Of a stretch of 64,000 bases of DNA, positions 12,542 through 24,629 are shown in pieces (the stretch's first letter is position 1; the number at the start of each line of letters is the position of its first letter). The notes below the pieces were generated by a model. That model searched no databases, was not told where the DNA came from, and was given only the letters and a program-made list of their open reading frames with translations. The position numbers and the translations under genes are program-made. Source of the stretch: Macrostomum lignano (Eukaryota); assembly GCA_002269645.1 (NCBI GenBank), contig NIVC01000963.1, positions 166,927 to 230,926 on the forward strand, read 5' to 3'.

Positions 12542-13266
12542 ACTGTTTTCCTTCCCTTCTTTGCCAGACACATAATTTATGGAATGAGTTAAGGTGCAAG
12601 CACAGGATTATGTCCTTATAGTTCGCTGGTCAATTAAAGAGAGCTCACACATCTCACTCACCGACTGTTGGCATAGCTATAAATCGTTATAGCAAATGAG
12701 ATCAGATGAGAAAACACGGTTAGTTCATGGGCAGTCGCAGTTGCGAGAATGTTTCTTTGAGAAGGAAGACGCTTCAATTGCCAGCAGGAGGGGTTTTACA
12801 AGTTTACAGTCTTAGACACGCTGGCTTTGGTTACAGTCTCTCTCCACCAAGCTTCTCTTTTATGCTCTTCGCCTCCGAAACCCCATGCTCTGTGTACAGA
12901 GAAAATTCTCTCCTCACTAGCGTAACACATCGTGTTCCACCGGGTAACACGTATCATAAAAATATTTTTCTAGAATTTTCTATATTTTTTTAGTCAGGTC
13001 GCAAATCTTTGCAAATCGTAAACTCAGCTATATCGATTATTTTTCTCACCTCTGCGCGGGCTTGGCTCCAAGATTGTACAGTCTAGAATTTTCTGGAATT
13101 TTCTACTGCTAGCTGTAATTTAAGCAAACACCGAAACCACTCGGGCTTCTCACACCACAATTATGCCATCGACCGCGACTGACAGAAGACGATTGCAAAA
13201 TCTTAAGGCGAAACTTTGAGGTGCACGAAACTGCACAATTGTATTACATGAAAATAGTGATCTAGC

Positions 13267-13691
13267 CAGGGGAGGATTTAGGGGGGGGCGCCCCCCCCCT
13301 AAATAGCTTGACAGAACATATTGCCCCCCCCCAAAAACCTGAGTTTGCGCCCCCTAAACTTGATTTTTCACCTTCTACACGCATTTTATGCGCCCCAAGC
13401 TTGACCTTTTGCCCCATACACGCATTTTATGCGCCCCAAGCTTGACCTTTTGCCCCATACACGCATTTTATGCGCCCCAAGCTTGACCTTTTGCCCCATA
13501 CACGCATTTTATGCGCCCCAAGCTTGACCTTTTGCCCCATACACGCATTTTATGCGCCCCAAGCTTGACCTTTTGCCCCATACACGCATTTTATGTGCCC
13601 CCTAGCTTAAAAATTGACGCCCTTATACTCGTGTTGGCGCCCCAAACTTGGACCGCCCCCTCCCGAAAATGAAGCTCTAGATCCGCCACTG
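13267..13691. mobile_element. hAT-type MITE, 425 bp, with an internal 41-bp tandem repeat
   Basis: Ends CAGGGGAGGATTTAG and CTAGATCCGCCACTG (12/15 inverted match). Perfect 8-bp TSD GATCTAGC at 13259-13266 and 13692-13699. Five full 41-bp units plus a partial one from 13378. Confidence 0.88.
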
Positions 13692-14394
13692 GATCTAGCT
13701 AATTGCTTCTAGAGGAAATCTACGACAAGGTGGAGTCGAGATTCGTTGCAACGAAATTAGCCAATTTTTCAATATCAGTGCAGCTAAGACTCGAAATTTG
13801 TGTTTTCTGTGTACTTTTTATCATTCATCAATCCATTGCTTCATTTCTTACTATTTGAAGGAGGTGAAGGAGCCACAGGAGAAAGTCCGTAGCAAGGAGA
13901 ACGAACTAGAGAGTCGTGAACGGGAGAAATACCGCCTGGTTTCGAGTGCAGCGTGTGTTACGACTGGTTATCGAACATATTTTTGAATAAAATACAATAG
14001 AATGAGTCTATAACACCTTTGGAAATAGAAAATAAAAACGAGTCTTTCTTTTCTTTGTTTCAAGTGAAATTGCCATCAACGAGTCTAGCTTGCATTCAGA
14101 GCCAAACTCTTAGCAGCAAATTTCACTCTGAACTTCACAAGAAATAAGACAGATTCGCAATTTCTACTACTATTAGTAAGAAATTTGTAAAAAAAGAAGT
14201 ACCTCTCAATGCTTTGAACAAGAAATAAAACAGATAAGCAACTGAAATTAGTAAAAACCACCGTAGCCACTACATGTACAACCTTAGACTCAGAATAATT
14301 TTCTTATAGCTCTTCTGCTTTTCGTCATTGCATACAAAAATGTCATGCACAGCTCACCGCAGGTGTCACTGTTAAGATATTGAAAGTGTATTAA

Positions 14395-15000
14395 AAATGT
14401 GTAGATTTGCAATTTGCTGCATATTACGATATCATGGCTATATAACAAAATATAATAGAACAAATCACTAATAAGACTAAGAGCAGTGCTAAACTTAACA
14501 CGACTGATTGAAATTGGACTTAAGCTTGAATGTTTCACTGTGTGACCAAATTTTACTGCTGAATGTAGAAACTTCACTTCAAAGTCATCATATAAAGCTA
14601 AAGTAAAAAAAATAAAAAAATGCAGCATCTATTATACTATACTTAGACTGCACGAAGTTCTGTAAGAAATTGGCTTCAGAAAATCTAAATTAAAAAATTA
14701 TATCACACATCGTGTCTCCTCTAGCGGACAAAAAACGACAGTCGTTTCTGTATTTTACGTAACCCAAGAATGAAGCATGTGAGTCAAAATTGATAAAAAA
14801 TAATGAGTTGGTAGTAACTGTTCCCTGCAGAACCGTCCCAGATAATCAGAAACTGAGATAGATAATAGCTGGGTTAATAATCTCAGTATTCAATCATAGA
14901 TAAAAATCTGCGGCTATTGATGCCATTAATACTCGTAGCTGTTAATCAGCGGCACTTCAGCATCCTTCTTTTATATAGTTCTGAAAATGTCATACAGAAT
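14395..15000 (+). repeat. Dispersed repeat or segmental duplicate, copy 2 (empty site for the CMC element)
   Basis: Colinear with 1900-2252 plus 5044-5330; single TC at 14742-14743. Confidence 0.8.
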
Positions 15001-16166
15001 GTAATTAGAAAGCGTCTGAAGATTAATTATAGATTTAGAGGCATCGCCAACGTGGGGGACAGGCGGGACATGTCCTAAAAGATCTGAGGGGGACATGCAA
15101 ATGCTTTGTGACCCTCACCCCGCCTTGTGACCCGTTTATGGAAATCAATAGTTTTGCAGCAGGGCGACAAAATATACCGCCTGCGGCGCGAAAATGCAAG
15201 CCTGCGGCGCCAAAATGAGTGCCCGCGGCGCTAAATTGAGTGCTGACAACACCACCGATTCTGAAAATGTAGGAATTTAGTCTCTTTTAGCTCTTTTTCG
15301 CACCAAAGGTCGCGCCCATGTATACAGTTCAATTCTCTTATCCAGCCCGGTGTGGTGCTCTAGATCTTAATAACAAAAAATTTAATGTCGTCGTGTCAAC
15401 ATTTGGAAATTGAAAATCTGTTACGTTCCCATATACATGTACATATGTTCCACCAAAACAAAAAAGTAAATACATCACATAATATGACGTCACACAAATA
15501 CATCCCTAGATACTGTAAACTGGCGCCCTAAACTCACAATTACCCCTTTTGATGCCCTAAATGGTGCACATTTACGCATAGATACAAAAAATTGATATGC
15601 ATGTACGAGCCACGTCCATAGTTTATAATGTAAATGTCTGTTTCTGTAATGACGTACAACTGTACTGCAGTACATATACCGTATAGCACACATTTACCAT
15701 GGGTCTTTTGAAATTTCTGAGATAAATCTTTTTTGACTTTGCGTTAGTAGCAATTTTAATTGTCATTATGGCATCTATGGTATTGTACTTTTCCAGAAGA
15801 AGGGCTTCAAGCCCTTTTAATTTCCTCTACTAAGGCTTCACGCAGCAACTGCCCCCGCTCCATTGTTCTCAATCCAATCCAGTTTGAGCTCACATTTGCT
15901 GCATGGTTTGCTTAAGCTGGGCTAGTGTAGACTGAGTAAGCGACGAATGGGCAGTTGGTTTATAAATAGCGCAGAGTGCATTGAGGATAGAGTACTCAGT
16001 TACAGTACTACTGTTGCACACCTGTCCGCATGTACGGAGGGCGGGTGATAAGAGCCCGCGTTTCAAGCAGGCCAAAAAGCGATTTCTACCAAGCTCGCAC
16101 ACCTGTCAGTTAATTCTGGCCAGCTTATTTGCAGTCTGCAGCAGTTTAGCGAAGGATTTCAGTCAA

Positions 16167-19100
16167 ATGTCAGCATTCGGAGGCGCGCAGCTGTCCTGCG
16201 ATGTGGCCATCGTTGGCGCCGGTCTGTCCGGTTTATCGGCGGCTCAGCGGCTGCTGCAGGCGCGTCCGGACCTGCGCGTGCTGGTGCTGGAGGCTGCCGG
16301 GGACCGGGTGGGCGGCCGGACCCTCACCAAGCCGGTCCGATGCGCCGATGGCGAATCGCGAGGCTGGTGCTTCGGCGGCTCTCACATGGCGAAGTCGCAC
16401 AGCAGAATGCTGCAGCTGGCCAAGTGAGTGGAGGGACTCTGCACTGGACTTTTGTAGCTCTTCTGTGCAATGTACATGCGGTGCATCACAGTCCAATTTT
16501 TAATAAGGCTAAGCAAATCGGGGTTTCGGATTAAAAAAGCGGGCTCCTGACTCCTGAAGCGGGTTCCTGACTCTCAAAGCGGATTCTTGACTCTCAAAGC
16601 GAGTTTCTTGGCTCTCAAAGCGAGTTTCTTGGCTCTCAAAGCGGGTTTCTTGGCTCTCAAAGCGGGTTTCTTGGCTCTCAAAGCGAGTTTCTTGGCTCTC
16701 AAAGCGAGTTTCTTGGCTGTCAAAGCGGGTTTCTTGGCTCTCAAAGCGAGTTTCTTGGCTCTCAAAGCGGGTTTCTTGGCTCTCAAAGCGAGTTTCTTGG
16801 CTCTCAAAGCGAGCTTCTTGGCTCTCAAAGCGAGTTTCTTGGCTCTCAAAGCGAGTTTCTTGGCTCTCAAAGCGAGTTTCTTGGCTCTCAAAGCGAGTTT
16901 CTTGGCTCTCAAAGCGAGTTTCTTGGCTCTCAAAGCGAGTTTCTTGGCTCTCAAAGCGGGTTTCTTGGCTCTCAAAGCGGGTTTCTTGGCTCTCAAAGCG
17001 AGTTTCTTGGCTCTCAAAGCGAGTTTCTTGGCTCTCAAAGCGAGTTTCTTGGCTCTCAAAGCGGGTTTCTTGGCTCTCAAAGCGGGTTTCTTGGCTCTCA
17101 AAGCGAGTTTCTTGGCTCTCAAAGCGAGTTTCTTGGCTCTCAAAGCGAGTTTCTTGGCTCTCAAAGCGGGTTTCTTGGCTCTCAAAGCGGGTTTCTTGGC
17201 TCTCAAAGCGAGTTTCTTGGCTGTCAAAGCGGGTTTCTTGGCTCTCAAAGCGAGTTTCTTGGCTCTCAAAGCGAGTTTCTTGGCTGTCAAAGCGGGTTTC
17301 TTGGCTCTCAAAGCGAGTTTCTTGGCTCTCAAAGCGGGTTTCTTGGCTCTCAAAGCGAGTTTCTTGGCTCTCAAAGCGAGTTTCTTGGCTCTCAAAGCGG
17401 GTTTCTTGGCTCTCAAAGCGAGTTTCTTGGCTCTCAAAGCGGGTTTCTGACTCTCAAAGCGGGTTTCTGACTCTCAAAGCGGGTTTCTGACTCTCAAAGC
17501 GGGTTCCTGACTCTCAAAGCGGGTTCCTGACTCTCAAAGCGGAAAGCGGGTTCCTGACTCTCAAAGCGGGTTTCTGACTCTCAAAGCGGGTTTCTGACTC
17601 TCAAAGCGGGTTTCTGACTCTCAAAGCGGGTTTCTGACTCTCAAAGCGGGTTTCTGACTCTCAAAGCGGGTTTCTGACTCTCAAAGCGGGTTTCTGACTC
17701 TCAAAGCGGGTTTCTTGGCTCTCAAAGCGAGTTTCTTGGCTCTCAAAGCGAGTTTCTTGGCTCTCAAAGCGGGTTTCTTGGCTCTCAAAGCGAGTTTCTT
17801 GGCTCTCAAAGCGAGTTTCTTGGCTCTCAAAGCGGGTTTCTTGGCTCTCAAAGCGGGTTTCTTGGCTCTCAAAGCGAGTTTCTTGGCTCTCAAAGCGAGT
17901 TTCTTGGCTCTCAAAGCGAGTTTCTTGGCTCTCAAAGCGGGTTTCTGACTCTCAAAGCGGGTTTCTGACTCTCAAAGCGGGTTTCTGACTCTCAAAGCGG
18001 GTTTCTGACTCTCAAAGCGGGTTTCTGACTCTCAAAGCGGGTTTCTGACTCTCAAAGCGGGTTTCTTGGCTCTCAAAGCGAGTTTCTTGGCTCTCAAAGC
18101 GAGTTTCTTGGCTCTCAAAGCGGAAAGCGGGTTCCTGACTCTCAAAGCGGGTTTCTGACTCTCAAAGCGGGTTTCTGACTCTCAAAGCGGGTTTCTGACT
18201 CTCAAAGCGGGTTTCTGACTCTCAAAGCGGGTTTCTGACTCTCAAAGCGGGTTTCTGACTCTCAAAGCGGGTTTCTGACTCTCAAAGCGGGTTTCTTGGC
18301 TCTCAAAGCGAGTTTCTTGGCTCTCAAAGCGAGTTTCTTGGCTCTCAAAGCGGGTTTCTTGGCTCTCAAAGCGAGTTTCTTGGCTCTCAAAGCGAGTTTC
18401 TTGGCTCTCAAAGCGGGTTTCTTGGCTCTCAAAGCGGGTTTCTTGGCTCTCAAAGCGAGTTTCTTGGCTCTCAAAGCGAGTTTCTTGGCTCTCAAAGCGA
18501 GTTTCTTGGCTCTCAAAGCGGGTTTCTGACTCTCAAAGCGGGTTTCTGACTCTCAAAGCGGGTTTCTGACTCTCAAAGCGGGTTTCTGACTCTCAAAGCG
18601 GGTTTCTGACTCTCAAAGCGGGTTTCTGACTCTCAAAGCGGGTTTCTGACTCTCAAAGCGGGTTTCTTGGCTCTCAAAGCGAGTTTCTTGGCTCTCAAAG
18701 CGGGTTTCTGACTCTCAAAGCGGGTTTCTGACTCTCAAAGCGGGTTTCTGACTCTCAAAGCGGGTTCCTGACTCTCAAAGCGGGTTCCTGACTCTCAAAG
18801 CGGAAAGCGGGTTCCTGACTCTCAAAGCGGGTTTCTGACTCTCAAAGCGGGTTTCTGACTCTCAAAGCGGGTTTCTGACTCTCAAAGCGGGTTTCTGACT
18901 CTCAAAGCGGGTTTCTGACTCTCAAAGCGGGTTTCTGACTCTCAAAGCGGGTTTCTGACTCTCAAAGCGGGTTTCTGACTCTCAAAGCGGGTTTCTTGGC
19001 TCTCAAAGCGAGTTTCTTGGCTCTCAAAGCGGGTTTCTGACTCTCAAAGCGGGTTTCTGACTCTCAAAGCGGGTTTCTGACTCTCAAAGCGGGTTTCTGA

Positions 19101-22100
19101 CTCTCAAAGCGGGTTCCTGACTCTCAAAGCGGAAAGCGGGTTCCTGACTCTCAAAGCGGGTTTCTGACTCTCAAAGCGGGTTTCTTGGCTCTCAAAGCGA
19201 GTTTCTTGGCTCTCAAAGCGGGTTTCTGACTCTCAAAGCGGGTTTCTGACTCTCAAAGCGGGTTTCTGACTCTCAAAGCGGGTTCCTGACTCTCAAAGCG
19301 GGTTCCTGACTCTCAAAGCGGGTTTCTGACTCTCAAAGCGGGTTTCTGACTCTCAAAGCGGGTTTCTGACTCTCAAAGCGGGTTTCTGACTCTCAAAGCG
19401 GGTTTCTGACTCTCAAAGCGGGTTTCTGACTCTCAAAGCGGGTTTCTGACTCTCAAAGCGGGTTTCTTGGCTCTCAAAGCGAGTTTCTTGGCTCTCAAAG
19501 CGAGTTTCTTGGCTGTCAAAGCGGGTTTCTTGGCTCTCAAAGCGAGTTTCTTGGCTCTCAAAGCGGGTTTCTTGGCTCTCAAAGCGAGTTTCTTGGCTCT
19601 CAAAGCGAGTTTCTTGGCTCTCAAAGCGGGTTTCTTGGCTCTCAAAGCGAGTTTCTTGGCTCTCAAAGCGAGTTTCTTGGCTCTCAAAGCGAGTTTCTTG
19701 GCTCTCAAAGCGAGTTTCTTGGCTCTCAAAGCGGGTTTCTGACTCTCAAAGCGGGTTTCTGACTCTCAAAGCGGGTTTCTGACTCTCAAAGCGGGTTTCT
19801 GACTCTCAAAGCGGGTTTCTGACTCTCAAAGCGGGTTTCTGACTCTCAAAGCGGGTTTCTGACTCTCAAAGCGGGTTTCTTGGCTCTCAAAGCGAGTTTC
19901 TTGGCTCTCAAAGCGGGTTTCTGACTCTCAAAGCGGGTTTCTGACTCTCAAAGCGGGTTTCTGACTCTCAAAGCGGGTTCCTGACTCTCAAAGCGGGTTC
20001 CTGACTCTCAAAGCGGAAAGCGGGTTCCTGACTCTCAAAGCGGGTTTCTGACTCTCAAAGCGGGTTTCTGACTCTCAAAGCGGGTTTCTGACTCTCAAAG
20101 CGGGTTTCTGACTCTCAAAGCGGGTTCCTGACTCTCAAAGCGGGTTCCTGACTCTCAAAGCGGAAAGCGGGTTCCTGACTCTCAAAGCGGGTTTCTGACT
20201 CTCAAAGCGGGTTTCTTGGCTCTCAAAGCGAGTTTCTTGGCTCTCAAAGCGGGTTTCTGACTCTCAAAGCGGGTTTCTGACTCTCAAAGCGGGTTTCTGA
20301 CTCTCAAAGCGGAAAGCGGGTTCCTGACTCTCAAAGCGGGTTTCTGACTCTCAAAGCGGGTTCCTGACTCTCAAAGCGGAAAGCGGGTTCCTGACTCTCA
20401 AAGCGGGTTTCTGACTCTCAAAGCGGGTTTCTGACTCTCAAAGCGGAAAGCGGGTTCCTGACTCTCAAAGCGGGTTTCTGACTCTCAAAGCGGGTTCCTG
20501 ACTCTCAAAGCGGAAAGCGGGTTCCTGACTCTCAAAGCGGGTTTCTGACTCCCGACTCCCGGCTCCTCAAACAGAGACTTCGGACTGACGGTCAGCGAGC
20601 AGCCCGAATCGGCCGGGAAGAACATCCTCGAGATCGGCGACACCATCGACAGGTACGAGGGCGAGACGCCGAACCTGGGCACACTGACGCTGCTGGATCT
20701 GGACAAGGGCATCAAGAGCCTGGACAAGCTGTCCAAGACCCTGATGGAGAACAGAGCCAGCTGGACGAATCTCGACGGCATGACTCTGTCCAAGAAGATC
20801 GAGAAGGAGACGTGGCGCCAGGCCACCAGGCAGTGCCTGACGGCCATCGCGGAGCCGTGCTTCGACGGTGAGCCGGACAGAATCTCCTGCCTGCAGGCGC
20901 TGCGGATCGCCAACTCGGCTGGAGGCTTCTTGGCGCTGCTCTCCGATGGCAGCGAGCTCAGGATCGAGGAGGGCGCTCAGGTGAGTTTCCTGTCTTTTAG
21001 GTTGGCGTCCCTGTCTCTTGGTTGGCGCCCCTGTCTCTTGGTTGGCGCCCCTGTCTCTTAGGCTGGCGCCCCTGTCTTTTAGGTTGGCGCCGCTGTCTCT
21101 TAGGTTGGCGCGACTGTCTCTTAGGTTGGCGCGACTGTCTCTTAGGTTGGCGCCGCTTTCTCTTAGGTTGGCGCCACTGTCTCTTAGGTTGGCGCCACTG
21201 TCTCTTGGTTGGCGCCACTGTCTCTTAGGTTGGCGCCCCTGTCTCTTGGTTGGCGCCACTGTCTTTCAGGTGGCTGAACCGAATCTTGACTGAAGGCAAT
21301 TTTATAAAATTGGATAAGACACGTCAATAAGGTGTGTTAGGCAAAGCAATTTTTAATATCCTACAGGCGGTCTGCACAGCCCTGGCCGAGCGCATCGGGT
21401 CCGACCGAGTTCTCCTCGGCCGGGAGTTGATGCAGGTGTCGGCCACAGAGGACGAAGTCCGCCTGACCGTCCGCTCCGGCGAAGAGGTGACCGCCAGCTA
21501 TGCGGTAAGTGCTCGAGAATTGATCCTGCACACTGTGATCCTGCACACTGTGATCCTGCACACTGTGATCCTGCACACTGTGATCCTGCACACTGTGATC
21601 CTGCACACTGTGATCCTGCACACTGTGATCCTGCACACTGTGATCCTGCACACTGTGATCCTGCACACTGTGATCCTGCACACTGTGATCCTGCACACTG
21701 TGATCCTGCACACTGTGATCCTGCACACTGTGATCCTGCACACTGTGATCCTGCACACTGTGATCCTGCACACTGTGATCCTGCACACTGTGATCCTGCA
21801 CACTGTGATCCTGCACACTGTGATCCTGCACACTGTGATCCTGCACACTGTGATCCTGCACACTGTGATCCTGCACACTGTGATCCTGCACACTGTGATC
21901 CTGCACACTGTGATCCTGCACACTGTGATCCTGCACACTGTGATCCTGCACACTGTGATCCTGCACACTGAGTAGAGTATTTCTTTGATATTTCACCGCT
22001 AATTCCCAAAGCACCAGGGCTTGATTAACTCTGACACCTGAGCAGGCGGTTTGGAATCCCCAATGAACAGGTGCTCACTCCGCCCCTGGCAGTCCTGTCT

Positions 22101-22700
22101 CGCATTCGCTTCTCGCCCGAGCTTCCTGCTCCGAAGCGAGGCCTCATCGAAGCTGCCGGCTCGTTCGCAGCCTCACCCGGCTGGATGACCTCCGCTGTCA
22201 CCGCGGTGCTGACCTACCCGACCGCGTTCTGGCGCAGTCAGGGCTGCAGTGGAGACATCCTGTCGCACCTGGGCAGCCCGGTGCCCGGCAGCGCCATGCC
22301 GGTGGCGCCGATCGCCCTGGCCGGCGAGGTCACCTCTCCAGACGGTCGCCAGCCAGCCCTGATGGTGGCCACCGGGTACACCGCCGAGCACAGCTGGCCC
22401 AATGCCGAGGCCCGTCGGGCGGACATCCTGTCGCACCTGGCCCGCTTCTTCCCCAGGCCGGAGGTGGACGGCTACGTGGACTACGTGGAGCACGACTGGG
22501 GCGCCGGCCCGACCGGGGCGAGCCCGCTGCCGCCCGGCGCCGGCGTCGGCCTCTGCGACTTAACTGCACTGCTGCAGCCAGCCGGGCGGCTGCACTTCGC
22601 TGGCGCGGACTTCGCCACCGAGTGGATCGGCACCATGGAGGGAGCGGTGCAGAGCGGCCAGAGAGCGGCCGATGAGGTTCTGCGGAGGCTGGCGGCTTGA
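16167..22700 (+). CDS. Flavin-containing amine oxidase (MAO-like), 476 aa, 4 exons
   Basis: Exons 16167-16423, 20575-20980, 21367-21504 and 22071-22700 have GT-AG borders and consistent phase. Motifs: DVAIVGAGLSGLSAA (FAD GxGxxG), VLEA..RVGGRT, LHFAGADFATEWIGTMEGAVQSGQRAA. Confidence 0.92.
16536..20550. repeat. ~4-kb 20/21-bp minisatellite (CTCTCAAAGCG[A/G]GTTTCTTGG and CTCTCAAAGCGGGTTTCTGA) filling amine oxidase intron 1
   Basis: Two alternating unit types plus a 26-bp variant; a 581-bp block is duplicated exactly. Confidence 0.97.
20988..21265. repeat. ~21-bp minisatellite CTGTCTCTTAGGTTGGCGCC(C/A) in amine oxidase intron 2
   Basis: About 13 tandem units. Confidence 0.9.
21521..21970. repeat. 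15-bp minisatellite TGATCCTGCACACTG x30 in amine oxidase intron 3
   Basis: Perfect 450-bp array. Confidence 0.98.
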
Positions 22701-23715
22701 CTCCGAACAATACAAAATCCACTGAGAATGTAAAAATGTGACAATACAGTAACGAGCTTACTCCACAACAGCATCATTTGGTTCCTTTAGTGCGACGTAG
22801 ACACAATCGAATCAATGTAACATGCAATTTCACTATCCTAGAATATCAGCCTCTTAGATTTTCAGGTTCACTGTTTTAGCTGTCTAAAATGTATTACCAA
22901 GTGGTGTGCTACGGCTAACACCCGTTACGATACAAAAGCTCAGCCAGATGAATTCGAATGAACTACCATGGTATCTTTGAGGACTTGCTTATTGACGTCT
23001 TTGTGTGCCTGCGTTGCTCCGTTCTGACGCAGGAAAAATGTTCTTGAGATTTGGAAATCCCCCAAAAAAAGTTAGCTGCATTCTAAAAATGTAACAAATA
23101 TATTTGGATTCCTCAATTAGATTTTGCTAATCCGTTTCATACAATCCTCTCTTTTATCACCCCTCATGCTGGCACCTCGTCAAGGACCTTTGGTAGGTAG
23201 ACAAGATACGACTCTGTACTGAGTTTACCGACTCTCTCATCTACATGTATTTATTGTAGGTACAGTGGTACACCCCAATAATCATGACGCAACTCATGCT
23301 CAAATTCACTCGATGCAGGACTTTTATTTTCGAAAATATCAGTGCCGGGAGACCCCCGACGCTAATTCGTTTGCTTGAGGGCCACTTGCAGAGATGCAGC
23401 TCAGACGTCGGAAAGAATTTTTTTCTATTAAAGTACGAAAAATTAGCAATGCGACCAGTAACTTCCCCTTCGCCTAACCATAAGACAGACGGATGGGATT
23501 TTTCATTCACTCTGCCAAGCTAAATGGAAAAAAAATCTTTCTCTATGGGTTTTTCACGACAGACGTTCTTGATCGACGAATAGAACCCGCGTCTCCTTCA
23601 TCCGTGAATGCAACACACTATTAAGGCTACGATATTTTCTTACACAAGATCCCACAGTGAAAGATAAACAAAATTAAACAAGTTTCAGAGGAGAGACTGT
23701 TCGGAAAGAGAATAA

Positions 23716-23831
23716 GGGCCCGTTCTATAAAGCCATCGTAAGATGAGATCGTTCTTAGCTCCCATCTCCGCAGTGTAAAAGTTCCGGCGTACGATCCAAC
23801 TTACGCAACGACAGCTTTATAGTACGCCCCC
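23716..23831. mobile_element. PIF/Harbinger-type (Tourist-like) MITE, 116 bp
   Basis: Left end GGGCCCGTTCTATAAAGC versus right-end reverse complement GGGGGCGTACTATAAAGC (15/18); TAA on both flanks. Confidence 0.7.
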
Positions 23832-24629
23832 TAAATTTTTGTGTAGTGAGTGTGTATTTTTACTTAATTCAATGAAAAAACAATGGAGTTTCTGCGAACT
23901 GAATTGGAAATTACTATAATAGTATGGTATTGCGCAACAGAATTAAGTACTGTGTGACAACGGGGAATTCTGCTTAAAATTGAACACAATAGGAAAATTG
24001 AAGTTATTAAGTCGCTGAGGCCTCTTAACTCGCCATTTATTTTTTTATTCCAAGTACTAAGTCACTAATTGTCTCACTGCCAAATGATCTTTCCTGTTTT
24101 TTCTGATATCCCCAACTCAACTAACTCAGTTTGGGATAGAATTTCGGGATACTCCAAAACGCTTGTATTTGGAATCGTGTACAAGCGTATTCTAGCGAGA
24201 AAACCAGAGAACACGAGCGAAAGAGTGAAGAAATTTGGGGGAAAAAATCGTAGTGAATTTATAGGCACAGTGCGGAGGTGAGGAGGGTGTGCGCGGGGCA
24301 GACAGCCTAACAAATTATAGTTTAATTTTTTAAACAGTTTGAGTTCCCGTTGCCGTTTAGGACCCGAGAACCGGCAGTATGTCTCAGTTGGTCTGTAAAT
24401 GAGAGTTGAGTTGTTCATCGGCATGCAATAGGGAATCGAGGAACAGGAGATAGCATCTACACAGCATTTGCTACTTGGGTGGTAAAGACTAAACTGATTT
24501 CAAACGAGTGGGCATGCACTCTCTCGCACATCTCATTGAGTTTCCTATCGTCAGTCAGAGTATGAAGTCAGCCGTCATGATTGTAATTTGCAGTACCCAG
24601 TGCCAATAAATTCTGTTTGAATAAACAAA

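Noticed and set aside
15037-15330. MITE-like left end (GAGGCATCGCCAACGTGGGGGACAGG...) with short CCTGCGGCGC repeats
   Set aside because: No convincing matching right TIR or TSD.
16574-19742. Long ORFs of (LALRAKK)n / (LALKASF)n
   Set aside because: Stop-free translations of the 21-bp intronic minisatellite; they lie inside a well-supported intron.
21334-22014. (VILHT)n and other repeat ORFs extending amine oxidase exon 3
   Set aside because: A canonical GTAAGT donor at 21505 and a phase-matched exon 4 explain the gene without them.
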